The notes under the pieces were generated by a model, which was not told the origin of the DNA, made no database searches, and saw only the letters and a program-made list of their open reading frames with translations. A program made the translations under genes and the position numbers. From NCBI GenBank assembly GCA_965644295.1, contig CBFFRP010000389.1:15310-79309 (forward strand): 64,000 nt of DNA, written 5' to 3'. The DNA is from Paraphysomonas bandaiensis (taxonomy: Eukaryota > Protista > Chrysophyceae). Shown piece after piece: positions 1-11,686 of this stretch. The number at the start of each line of letters is the position of its first letter. Position 1 is the stretch's first letter.

Positions 1-78
1 CGCTTCTGATACCCTACTATTTTGGGCGCTAAGAAAACTGCCTGTGCATCACCAAGGTGCAACAGCTTTTGTTCTATC
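1..78 (-). repeat. Dispersed structured SINE-like repeat, copy 1 (partial, internal deletion)
   Basis: CTGATACCCTACTATTTTGGGCGCTAAGAAAACTGCCTGTGCATCACCAAGGTGCAAC aligns by eye with 19210-19280, 60236-60300, 45710-45750 and (reverse) 38060-38120. Confidence 0.65.
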
Positions 79-487
79 GCTCAGAGCAAACGCAGTAAGC
101 AAGCAGAATGTTGATACACCTGATATCTGCCGACTTCAGGACGCGGGCAGCGATAACCCAATTAATGTAACTTTGAAAAAATTAGCGGCATGTTCATTGC
201 AGGTCACCATATATTGCCATGGTGTCTGCAGTGAATAATAAGATACTAGTTTAAAATTTCATGTTTCACAAAAATATGTAGAGACTGTACGAGTAAATGA
301 AATATTGTTATATTGGCAATGTATTCTGCATCTGCTGACATCAGCACATCCACTATTATACTGAACACATCTTGTCTACATAATAACAGTGTAGCTACGA
401 GTAAAGTAATGTTTGCTAGCAGCTACAGTTACATAAATGTTGCTCATTATGATCAATGGTTGACACTAGCGGTATATACGTATATAC

Positions 488-738
488 CAGGGCCTGGTAA
501 CCGTTAATGATAATGGTATTAATGGTAATGGCATTAATGGTAATGCCATTATAATTGCCGGGAACCGGACTACCATTAATGACCTGCACTGCTATATATA
601 GAACTGAGTGTTTTAAGATAATATAGAATATAGTAGGTATTAATGACCATTAATAGGCCATTAATGGCCATTAACGGCCATTATAATTGCCGGGAACTGG
701 ACTACCATTAATGGGCCATTAACGGTTACCAGGTCCTG
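488..738. mobile_element. hAT-type MITE (~250 bp)
   Basis: TIRs CAGGGCCTGGTAACCGTTAATG / CATTAACGGTTACCAGGTCCTG; 8-bp TSD GTATATAC (480-487) / GTACATAC (739-746); internal CATTAATGG and ATAATTGCCGGGAAC repeats. Confidence 0.85.
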
Positions 739-1103
739 GTACATACTATGTACTATGTACACAGATTTTCTGCGGATTCTGGTAGGCGAAAAATGTTTTA
801 ATTATTATTAAATCAATAGTTTTATTGTGTTTCTGTTTAGTAATAGAACAATATTAACTTTAGTATTCATTTGCTAAAAGCCGTAAAACTCGTAGCTTTT
901 CCCAAAATATAGAAAACTTCCCACGATTGCATACTGCTTACTTAATTTTACTAACTGTTGGCGTGACGAATAAAGCGCTACAAACTAATGATGACAGGTT
1001 CACAAGTTACTATCATAGAATAATTATTAACATAATACTATTTCTACCGAAGTCATATCAATAACTACCGCGAATAATAATACGCAATATTAATCGAACA
1101 AGA

Positions 1104-4100
1104 CTAGGATGCATTTTCAGAAAAGCTTGAGCCAGGGTTATACGCATTACCATCAGGAGAATCTATGACTTCGGATAAAAATTGATTGAAAGGGAGCATT
1201 CCATCTTCTGTGTATTTATCATCGCTTCCCAAATCTGGATATAATCTCGAGGATGAGCTAGAGGGCTGAAACAGCAAACCTCTACCTCTTCTGTCAGATG
1301 ATGACCCACCTGCAAGCCGTCCGAGGAGAGATTCGCTTAAATCGTCACCACCAGCTGAGTCGAGGCCTGCCATAGGGTCTCCCATGTCGTCAAAAGAGAG
1401 TATACCTAATGGTACATTAATGATATTATCAATGTCAGGCACCGGTTCGCTTGTATGTGTGTGCGATACTCCGCTCCCATATCCAGATAATGTACTCCTA
1501 TTTTCGCTGTCACTCTGTTGTATTTGTGTATTGCCCCAGGACGTAGGAGAAGTGTCTGACAAAGGAGGCAGAGCAAATGATCCTACATTTGTATCGGAAA
1601 CACTCTGTGTGTTCTGGGAGCCCGATCCCCCTCGAGCGGGAGAGGTGGCAAATTTCGGAACAAATGGTCTCGCCCCAGCAGAAAGGTGAACGGCCCCATC
1701 TATGTAATCTCCCCCACTTCCTGAACCACTTAGCCCACTCACTTCTCCGCCATCATACCCCCCACTGTATCCGTATTCAGTACCGGTCATTCCAATTCCA
1801 CCTGCTTCTGACATGCCTCCATGATATGATGGCATTATTCTCTGGCCAGAAGCTGACGACATGGCTTGGTTACTATTTCTAGGGTCATAGCCCGCAGACA
1901 CGCTGGTACTCTGATGATGCATTGACTGTGGGTGTATTGAGGTCACGGAACTGTGTTGGCCCATGGATGGGTACATTGGCGGGGGCATATCGAGAACACC
2001 ACTATCACTGTCACCAAGAGAAACAGAGGAGGGCCCCCGAGACCGAGTCGGCATATTCATACCTGAGGCACCAGGCTGTGCTTGTGGGAGGATCATGCGA
2101 TTGCCGTGTTGATAGGGCGAGACGGGCATACAGCTACCGGACTGCTGGTCATATGACTGCTGCTGGGAAGGTCCCTGCATAGGTCCATAACCCGACGACC
2201 CACCAACTGCTACCCCTGCTCGGCCACTACCTGATCCGTACATAGTGCCCGGTCCAGTACCTGACGACACACCAGGAGAACCGTATGAGAGATCTGGGAA
2301 TGCCTGCTGAATACCATGACCACTGCTGCCGAGGTGGCCGTTGTGCATCATGCCTTGTTGTTGAGGTGACATCATCATATGACCAGAGTTTGCAGGCTGC
2401 TGCTGGTGAGTGTAAGGTGGGTTCATTCCTCCGTGGTGAGGCATGTTATACATCTGCATATTAGGATTGAATATGCTGTGCATAGAATACTGCTGCTGCA
2501 GTTGTTGCTGTAATAGCCGCTGATGTTCCATTTCCTTTTGCATCCTCTCCGCCTCAAGCTAGACACAAGAAGGTTACATAAATTTAAACAAAGGCGCAAG
2601 ATACCTTTTTTCTCTCTTCCTCGGCGCGTTGTTGTGGAACCTTCGCGTTCCACGCCCTATTGATCCTTCTGAGCTCCTCCTTATGCTCCTTGTCTTTCTG
2701 GGCCTTGAGTGCCGCGTCCATTTCTGTTCCTCCCGCAGACTTAGCCCCACTAGACTTTTTTGTGGCTTCTTTTGCTTCACTACAAGAGCTTACAGCAGTC
2801 TTGTTTGCCTTCTGGTTGCTAGACGATGTGGCAGGGGATGAGGGTCGGTCACAAAGCCATGATATGGCCAGATCAACATCAAGGCCACAGGATGCTATTG
2901 CAGCCATACAATCCGACTCTGCGAATCCCATGGCAAGAAGATGATCGAGTAGGTCATCCCGAGACTTGATCTCTGCGAGAGCGTCTGCAGCAGATGCAGG
3001 AGCGGATGTAACTGCAGAGACTACTGAGCTCGCAGAAGGCGACTGGGATGACATAGCAGCAACTGTGGCAGAGGAAATGGAACGTTGCCCACTTTGAGAA
3101 GAGCCCTTTGCACCTTTGTTTACAGATGAGTCATGGGCCGAATTGGCAGTAGATCCAGGTTCAGGAGTTTCATCAGATATCTTTTTCTTGTCTTTCTTTT
3201 TCTTCTTTTTCTTGCCTCCACTTTTTTCTTCAGCTGCTGCAGCCACACCTAGAAAAAAATAAATGTTTCACACAACCCATATCATCACAATCATACGTGC
3301 ATCTTCTTCTGCTTTGAGTCTCTCTTTCTCTTGTTTCTCCTTCAGCTGTCGCTGCTTTCGCTCTAATAGTTCCTTCTCCGTCTGCTCTTTCTCTGCAAGC
3401 CTCGCCTTTTCTGCTTTTAGCTTGGCCTCCTTGCTGCTCCTTTCGGCCTCCTTCTGCAGGCGGATAGCTTCCAGCTTGGCGACAGCAGCACTCAGCTCTT
3501 CCACTACCTCTTCGAGCATGGGAATAAGGGCATCAGAGTTACCGGGGTCATTAAGCTTCTGTCGGACTAACTCAAGGGGTGTGGGACCTTTGCTGTCAGG
3601 GTCTCTGATAGATCCCGGGGCGTAAGCGTGAATATTGAGCAGCGCTCCAGACTTGATAAGAGTCCGGCAAGAAGAAACTACGCCATTAACGGCGGCGTAG
3701 TGTAAAGGTGTCCACCCAGAGTTTAGACATCGAGCATTAATATCGGCAGACTGACACTTCCTGTCCGTCTCCGCTCTCTGCTCCAAGAGCATCTCTATCA
3801 TGCGCACGTCCCCGTTCATAGCAGCCACATGCAGCACAGAGCGCCCCTCTTCATCGATTAGCCCAAGGTCCACACTTGGAGATCGCAGCGCAAGCAAATA
3901 CTTTGCAATAGTGTATTTGCCCTCTTGTGTCTCCTCTGAATCTACCTCCTGCCCAATCAGTCGAGCTACACAATAGTGTAGAAGCCCTGATCCCGACCTT
4001 CCACCTCCTGCCAGACGCTCTGTTGCGCGCACACCCGACTGGGGATCTTCTATAAGGCTGATAACAGCCGCCGACTGTCCAGAAGAAACTAAGTCAAAGA

Positions 4101-4996
4101 GATGTCTCCGTTTTGCACTCTCAGCCTCCTGCGCCTGTCGCAACTCTTCCTTTCGCTTTCTAAGGGCATCTTCCTGCTCCCGTTTGCTCTTCTCCTCAGC
4201 TAGTCTAGCCTTCTCATCTTCCTCAGCTTTCACAGCTGCTTCACGAACTTTTTTCTCCTTTTGCTTCCGTCTCTTCTCTGCTCGCTTCTTGGCGTTACGC
4301 AGCTTCCGTTTAGCCTCCATCTCTTCGTCAATGTCTCGATCCGTTTCACCCCGGCAAGCACCACTAAATTCTTGTGCCATGTCAGAGTTCTCCTTCATAT
4401 TCATGTGGAAATAGTGTTTAACAATGGGGTCCCATATAGTCTCACTATCCTCGGCTCCCTCAGAGTCATAGTCGTCGTCCTCTCCGTCCTCCTCATCCTC
4501 AGTACTCCAGTCTTCATTAGCATCGGGACGATTCCCAAACATCATATCAAAAGATACACCTGCTTTACATATCACAATATACAAGTACTAATCAATAACA
4601 TGTTATTACCTCCAGGTAACTTTCCATCATCAGGAACCACTTGATCATCATTAAATATTCCAACTAAATCCATAAACATTCTCATAAAAGCTTTCATTTC
4701 ATGAATATCATCATCATATAGATGACTATTCTCATCCTCTGTATCATACTCATCATCTATTGATCTTGATGATATAAGTCTTGTATATGCAATTGATATT
4801 TGTTGAAATTTTTCTTTTGCATATGGATCTGTAGACTGTATATATCCATCAATTATATATATATGTATATATAGGGTTGTATATGTACCTTATCAGGATG
4901 CCATGTTAGAGCTAATTTTCTATATGTTTGCTTGAGAATCTCTAAATCTGCATCTACTGACACACCCAAGATAGCAGCAGCTTCTTCTAATTGCAT
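1104..4996 (-). CDS. Multidomain J-protein: DnaJ domain, acidic tract, coiled coil, ankyrin repeats, UBA, Q/G/S-rich low-complexity region and PAM2-like motif (5 exons)
   Basis: ATG at 4996 gives MQLEEAAAILGV...YRKLALTWHPDK, intron, then STDPYAKEKFQQISIAY (J domain with HPD). Ankyrins GRSVLHVAA and GWTPLHYAA; UBA LLAMGFAESDCMAAIASCGLDVDLAISWL; LSAGARPFVPKF. Four GT-AG introns join ORFs 3268-4584, 2584-3246 and 1104-2543 in frame. Confidence 0.85.
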
Positions 4997-5451
4997 GTCA
5001 GTATATATTCTAATATATAAGTGTGTATATGAACAGATGTATGAATGTATGAATATATGAGATAACTATGAATTATAGATACTGATACAGGCACTGATGA
5101 TATCACACACTAGTGGGGGAGTGTGCCAGTTAATCAAGTATGTAAATAGAAAGTTTAATGAAGGAAAATATAGTGTATGTGTGTCAATGTATGTGACTTG
5201 GAATAGTGTGTCTGCTTGATAGTCCCCTAACATACCTACCATACTACTTGACTATACTGCTGTAGATACCAGTCCTACTTTTGTACCTACCTACATGTAC
5301 CCACCTACATACATACATACGTACATATATACCTATATGTATGCTCTACAGCAGTTCCTACATATATACTGTACATACAGTACCTACCTACGCGACTATA
5401 CAGCAGTACATATATTTTTCTCATATTGTGTATATAAAACCCTACATATAA

Positions 5452-5925
5452 GGCCGTTCCTTACGGTTGGGTAAAAAAAAAATGAAATTTTTTTTCTTCC
5501 GCATTCTCAACACGGTTGGTCAAAAAAAAAGATAACATACACATGATGAAAGCACCCATTTCTATAGGAGAAACTGTCAAAAACCAGTGTTTTGTAAAGA
5601 AAAGGGGGTTTCATGCCATATATATTGAAAAGTTAATGTAGATATATTGGATGCATTATGCTGGTTCCAGGACACCGTTTGAATCACAACAAGCGCTCAG
5701 CCTACTCGACATAGACTTGGTAAAACTCGTGATAACAATAATATGACTCGAGGTTCCTAATATAGGCCGCAATATTATTTCTTACCATACCATGTATGTT
5801 GGAAAGAAATGAAATCATTTCTTACCATGATCCAAAATAATTTTTTTTTTGACCACCGTAAGGAACGGGAAGAGCAAGAAAAAAAAAATTCATTTTTTAT
5901 TTTTTACCCACCGTAAGGAACGGCC
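5452..5925. mobile_element. PIF/Harbinger (Tourist-like) MITE
   Basis: TIRs GGCCGTTCCTTACGGT(T)GGGTAAAAAA / TTTTTTACCCACCGTAAGGAACGGCC; 3-bp TAA TSD (5449-5451, 5926-5928); subterminal duplicate ACCGTAAGGAACGG near 5855. Confidence 0.85.
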
Positions 5926-6144
5926 TAAACAACGGAACTGGTATTGACATTCTAAAAATGTGTAATTTCTACATGATGTACAGCAGTATATCCATATATA
6001 GTCGTAAGAATGTCCACTCTATCGTACTGCCAATTGAAGTGTGTAAGCACAGACCAGAAGAATGTGCTGGAGTATATATACACAGTGTATATACGTACAC
6101 AGTATTCCTATTCTTAGAACACACTCACACTTATATATACACAC

Positions 6145-6199
6145 CATACATACATACATACATACATACATACATACATACATACATACATTCATACAT
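6145..6199 (+). repeat. (TACA)n microsatellite upstream of LysM gene
   Basis: Direct tandem repeat. Confidence 0.95.
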
Positions 6200-6250
6200 A
6201 GTAAAGTACTTTACAAACACTTATATTCAACAAAATTAATTAAAATTATC

Positions 6251-6940
6251 ATGGAAGGTGCATGGAAACCATGGAGAATTCAACATATTAATAACACAAG
6301 CCCTGATTTAGATTCATATGGTAAACCACTACCAAGTCCACCTCCTGGATATTACTGGGAACAACAACATAATAAATCATGGGAATTAAAAAAATATATT
6401 GATAATAATGATATTCATTCTAATATGGTTCAATTTAATGCTAATAGTATTATTGAACATGTGGTGATGCCTGATGATACTATACAAGGGATATGTTTAC
6501 GATATAGAGTCTCGCCTGTGACATTACGTCAATATAATAATTTCAGTGGAAACTCTTTTAAATATAAGAAATATTTACGGATTCCTATTGAACCTGGTGT
6601 GCCGATAAAAGCACAATTGGACGATGAACCCACTCTAATTCAGCGCTTTAAGAATGAAACTAATGAGTCCACTGAAGAAGCTAAATTCTATTTATCAGAG
6701 AATGACTGGGATTTCTTCAAGGCATTGGCTTCTTGGAGTGGTGATGAGAGTTGGGAAAGTACGCAGGCTATTCCCAGTCAACCTTCTGCTCCTCCTTGTA
6801 TTGTAAATCCGAAGGCCATTGTTACCCCGAATTCGGGATATGTCCCACCTCCTGTTATTCCCATGGAAATAGCCTATGATGAGCAGGGAAATCAATATTC
6901 AGATGATGTTGAGAGAGAACCTCTGATGAGGTGCTTCTAA
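6251..6940 (+). CDS. LysM domain + UBA-like domain protein (single exon)
   Basis: LysM: EHVVMPDDTIQGICLRYRVSPVTLRQYN...YLRIP; UBA-like: LIQRFKNETNESTEEAKFYLSENDWDFFKAL. The upstream ORF extension runs through the microsatellite, so the start is placed at ATG 6251. Confidence 0.8.
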   Translation: MEGAWKPWRIQHINNTSPDLDSYGKPLPSPPPGYYWEQQHNKSWELKKYIDNNDIHSNMVQFNANSIIEHVVMPDDTIQGICLRYRVSPVTLRQYNNFSGNSFKYKKYLRIPIEPGVPIKAQLDDEPTLIQRFKNETNESTEEAKFYLSENDWDFFKALASWSGDESWESTQAIPSQPSAPPCIVNPKAIVTPNSGYVPPPVIPMEIAYDEQGNQYSDDVEREPLMRCF

Positions 6941-7722
6941 ACTGAGTTCTGGTACGATATTTAACAGAGTGATGTGTAAATTGAAATAGTGACTATCGTA
7001 AATGAGTCAACTGAAAATCTGATACCCTCATTTGAAGACCAGCATATTGTTCTAATTAGGGTCGTAGCAAAGAATTTAGTATTGCATCCTCTAGCTTGTG
7101 TACATTTATTTTAAGCAAAACTATTATCACAACCTATCCAAGTACGAGCCTTTTTTCTTTTCCAAAAAAATATCTGCATTCTATCTTAAATTTTGTCCAT
7201 TTTCAATACAGAAACAGCTGTTGAACCTAACCATGTTTTTAACCTCACTTGGGAGGAGTAGTATGTGAAAATAATGTCACGACCACAGTATATTAGTATT
7301 CATCTTAATATAAGATAGTATATGTGAAATATAATGCTCAATGAAAATATATCATGAACTGAATTGCTTAATGATTGTATATTTGAAGTTACGTATATGC
7401 TATACGTGCTTGTAAGGCAATTAAATTGCAACTAATTGTTACGCAGCCCTGGTTGTAACATTATCATTTTCGGCTCAATTGATTGCCAGATTATGTTTAC
7501 ATTACACATGCACTTATTAGCTAAACTATAGAAATAAAGTAAGTAACTTCGACAGCATAGATTGAAGGACGCGGATTGATATAGCGCTAATGATACTTTA
7601 AAACCTAATAACACTAAACATATATTTTTCTAAAATAGAGAAGTTGAAGTGATGTAAAACGGGTCAAAATGGATAATCAAGAATTATTTTGTGCAAGATA
7701 GGCGAGTAGAATCCATTGACAA

Positions 7723-10700
7723 TCACATCGATGTAGTCCGATGACGAGAAACACTAGAAGACTCCAGAGATGACGCAGAAACAGGAGATTGTGCCTTCTG
7801 TCCTGAATCATAAGCAAGAGCAACTTTGGATTTTTCGCACTGATTGTATTGGTCAGAAAACATCTGCGCAAACCCTTGTAAAACTCTGCGATCAGAAGGG
7901 TCGCTTGCTGTCATAAGGACACACTCTATTAGCAAGCGTGCTTTGCTGTAACGCTCACATGCCCTGAGAATAAAAATAACAACCGAATAGCCACCAGACA
8001 ATGTCATGTAAACATGTATCACTTACATAGTGAGGTTTCCCAGTAGCTCTTCTACGGAAGCCTCCTGTCCAAGCCGTAAAGCAGCATGATAAATAAGTGG
8101 CTCAGGAACAGGGACACCGTCATCAGGATTAATATACTTCTTACAGCTTTCCGCTCGGCTCAACAGCTGATCAAATCGCTTCGCCAGGCCCTGAACATAA
8201 TGGTTAAAGAGCACAGTTACAACACGTCGACCAGTGTACCTCAAGAAGGGTGTCCATTTGCGCGCGAAGTGAAGCCTCTCCTGCTATAGACTGGCGCATA
8301 GCGGCGGTCCTTTTGAGAGTGTCTTGGACAAATCCAAGCGCGTGCAAATACAGCGAGAAAGGGGCTGATAGTAATTCCGAAATATGGCTTGCATCTCCTG
8401 ACCCCAGGCGTGGCCTACTAGACGCCCCAGGACTTGACCCCGACCCCAAGCTGTTGTCGTCGTCCTCCCCTCCTGTAGCGATGGTCCTGTTGCCGTGCCG
8501 ATGACGAAGTTCTCTGACAGTCCGGTGGTTCAGTGCGTCCCTTGCCATTCCATCCGCAGCTGCGGTCATAGCTGTCACCATCGAAACTATCTGTGAGCAT
8601 CGGTGTACAGCTGCCGACAGCTGCATTACATCACTACTTTCATTCCCTGCACCAGATGCTATTCCGCCTGTATTATTGGGACTTCCAGCACCGTACCAGT
8701 GTGCCGACGGGTTCCCCATAATACCTGCACCCGTGATCGGACTATATGATGCGGGCTTATCACCCACGGTGCCACGCCGCACAGGTCTATATGCACTATC
8801 GGCGTCCATCACCCTCCATGGATGACTTGCAGCCTGCTCGACCATGACGAAATCATCAGAATCCCCACCTGCGCCCGTACTCTCCTCTTCGAGACCACCA
8901 CCAGTTCCACTTCCATCTCCTCTCTGACTCCGTTTCCCGCCAGAACTGGACGGTACGGGGCTGTTTGATGAGTCCCGAGAAGGGTATGATATTGGTCCAG
9001 CTAAGCCGAAAGTCATTGCACCGTGCACAGATACAGCTGTTGGAGTGGGAGAATCACGATGCCCTTCCCCACTCTCCGCACTGTAGACTCTCTCAGACTG
9101 CTCCCAAGCTCGTGAGACACGGTCACTTTTCCATCCACTATGCTGCTCCTGAGGACTAATCGACAGAGCTCTCGCCACTGCAGACCCAGCCCCGGCATCA
9201 TTAGCAGAGTATCTCCGCTCGTGCTTATTGGCAGGGGAGGATGTGGGGGATACCATAGAGGTACTTGCCTGGAGATCCTCTTCCTTGTATCTACTCCCGC
9301 TGCCTGAGCGCCTGTGAGATCCTTGTACACTCCCGGATGAAGACTGTCCCTGTGGTGACTGTGGGTTCCCTCCTGAAGCAAGTGCCATCACCATAGTGGC
9401 AGTCGCAGGGGCAATTCCGGAGGGTCGCGGACTGGGTGTAGCCTGCAAAGCACTTCCTCCTTGCTGCTGTTGCCCTGGTGGGGAGGAAGATAGTAGGTGT
9501 GGATATGGGGTAGTGGGCGAGTTGTTGCCAGTGTGATCTCGGGAAAGACGACGGGACTGACTCTCTGCCCCTCCGCCGGATGCAGCGGATGTATCTTGTT
9601 GAGGAGACCCCGTGTCTGTGGGACCTTGATATCGACTTTGACCACCTTTGCCTTCCTCATATGTAAGTACAGGATCGTCTCCAGGGACAACTTCTCCAAA
9701 CATACGGCCCGCACACTCGCAGAATACATCCAGAGAAATACGATTCCTGGGATTGATCTCGAGTAGCTGTTATAATATATTAGAAGCGTAATGCGAGTCC
9801 TACGACAACTACCCACCTGCTGCAACAGATGCAACATGTCCGCAGATACAGTGATTTCACTCGGAACGCGAAGCTGCTTTGATCTAATATTCAGGAAAAG
9901 CTCACGAGGATTTTGTCCTTTGAATGGGGGCAACCCTACTAGCATTTCGTAGAGGACACAGCCCACGCTCCAGAGATCAGCCTGAACAAGGAAGTGAGCT
10001 CGTCTGTGTCAGGGCTACAAATAGACTGTAATCGCTCACGCACCTTCGCATCGTACTCTTGCATTTCAAATATCTCAGGCGCCTGTACAAATTTGTATCA
10101 GCGCCATACTCACAATGTGTCATATACTAATACCATGTAGAATGGTGTGCCGCATGGAGTTTGAGCCATGGCAGCCTCCTGTAGATGTCTCGCAAATCCA
10201 AAGTCGGCATACTTAATGATTGCCTGAGTCGTGGTGTCTGTCATTAATAGATTCTATAGAGGTAGATCAGAATTTCATTCAGTAGAATAACATATTTCGG
10301 GTATACCTGTGGTTTGATATCGCGGTGAATAATATTCTTCTGATGCAGAAACTTAAGACCCTGGGCTACAAAAGTGTCAGTATTCAGCAAACATGTTATA
10401 CAAGTAATACCAAGCTGATATAAAAATCTTCTGGCCACACGTTCCTCAATCCTAGAGTATCTCTTTATATATTTCTGAAGATCACCACCAGCACAGTACT
10501 CCAATGCCAAATATATATGTCGACTGGAGGTCTACCAAACAAACATTATATAAAATATATAAATATATCAAATACATACAAAATGATCAAAAAGTCGCAC
10601 AATATTAATGTGCGAATAATCTCGCATTATAGATATTTCATTATCTAGATTCTCTTGTAGTTTAACTGATCCTAATTTCTCACGTGATATAACTTTGACA

Positions 10701-10864
10701 GCATACAATTCACCCGTTGTATTATTAGTAGCTTTATACACCTGTATATAAGAATATCTATGATTCATATAGGGTTAATAAAGAAGTGTATGTTAACATA
10801 CATGAGCATATGAGCCTGAGCCTAATTTATTCACAAGTGTATAATTTCCTACAGTTTTTGACAT
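7723..10864 (-). CDS. ATG1: Serine/threonine kinase ATG1/ULK (multi-exon)
   Basis: Kinase motifs KLGSGSYA, YAVKVI, IIHRDIKPQN, DFGFAR, CGTPFYMAPE, ADLWSVG; ULK-type LIR DSDDFVMV; C-terminal MIT-like IYHAALRLGQEASVEELLGN...YSKARLL. GT-AG introns join the ORF fragments. Confidence 0.88.
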
Positions 10865-11686
10865 GATTTGATCCAATTAAATCAATAAAATCAATAGGAT
10901 ATTATATAAAGTATTAATCATATCCATTGAATAACATTTCCATAGATAAGATCATCATATGTATGTATATATATATATATATATATGAAATGATGAGCTT
11001 TATATATACTAGAATTCGAAGTGTTGGAAGAAGGAGAATGAGAAGAGCAAAGAAGGTGTGTGAAAGTATATACTATACACTATATGTATGTACCTGTAGA
11101 TTATATATGTATGCTATGTACTGTATATACAGCAGTAGGTAGAGGAGGGAATCAGTTGGATTATAGTCATACTCTCATATAGGTCGAAAGTAAAGAATTT
11201 ACACGAAATTTATTCTTCTGGGTAAAAATCCTTCTTTCTGCTACTAAAAGTTCCGAGTTTTATAGATGTAACTGAAAACTAAATTTCCAAAATTTCCAAA
11301 ATTTCCAAAAAATTGGATACAATTTCACTTCATACTTCAATCACTTTCAATAATAAATATATTTTATATTTTGGGTATATTGAACAGTATATAAACTGCT
11401 ATAATCCACTAGATGAGTATAACCTAAATTACCCAACGTTTACCCCGGATGACACCATTTGGTATGGAGTCTCCAAAAAAACTTAGGTGACCGCTCCTTT
11501 CGGGGTGTGGCCACCGACCCACAACTACATCATATACATACCTACATATCAGCTATACACATATATATACATACAACAGTATCCAGATACATGCATATAC
11601 TCTACACAATTCTCTTAAAGATAGTGTATATAGATATCACTTTTCCTTACATACTATATCATATCAACCACCTCACATTATTTTTA

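Noticed and set aside
1384-4644. Numerous antisense and overlapping ORFs within GC-rich gene bodies (here and elsewhere)
   Set aside because: Shadow ORFs of real coding regions with no domain signal
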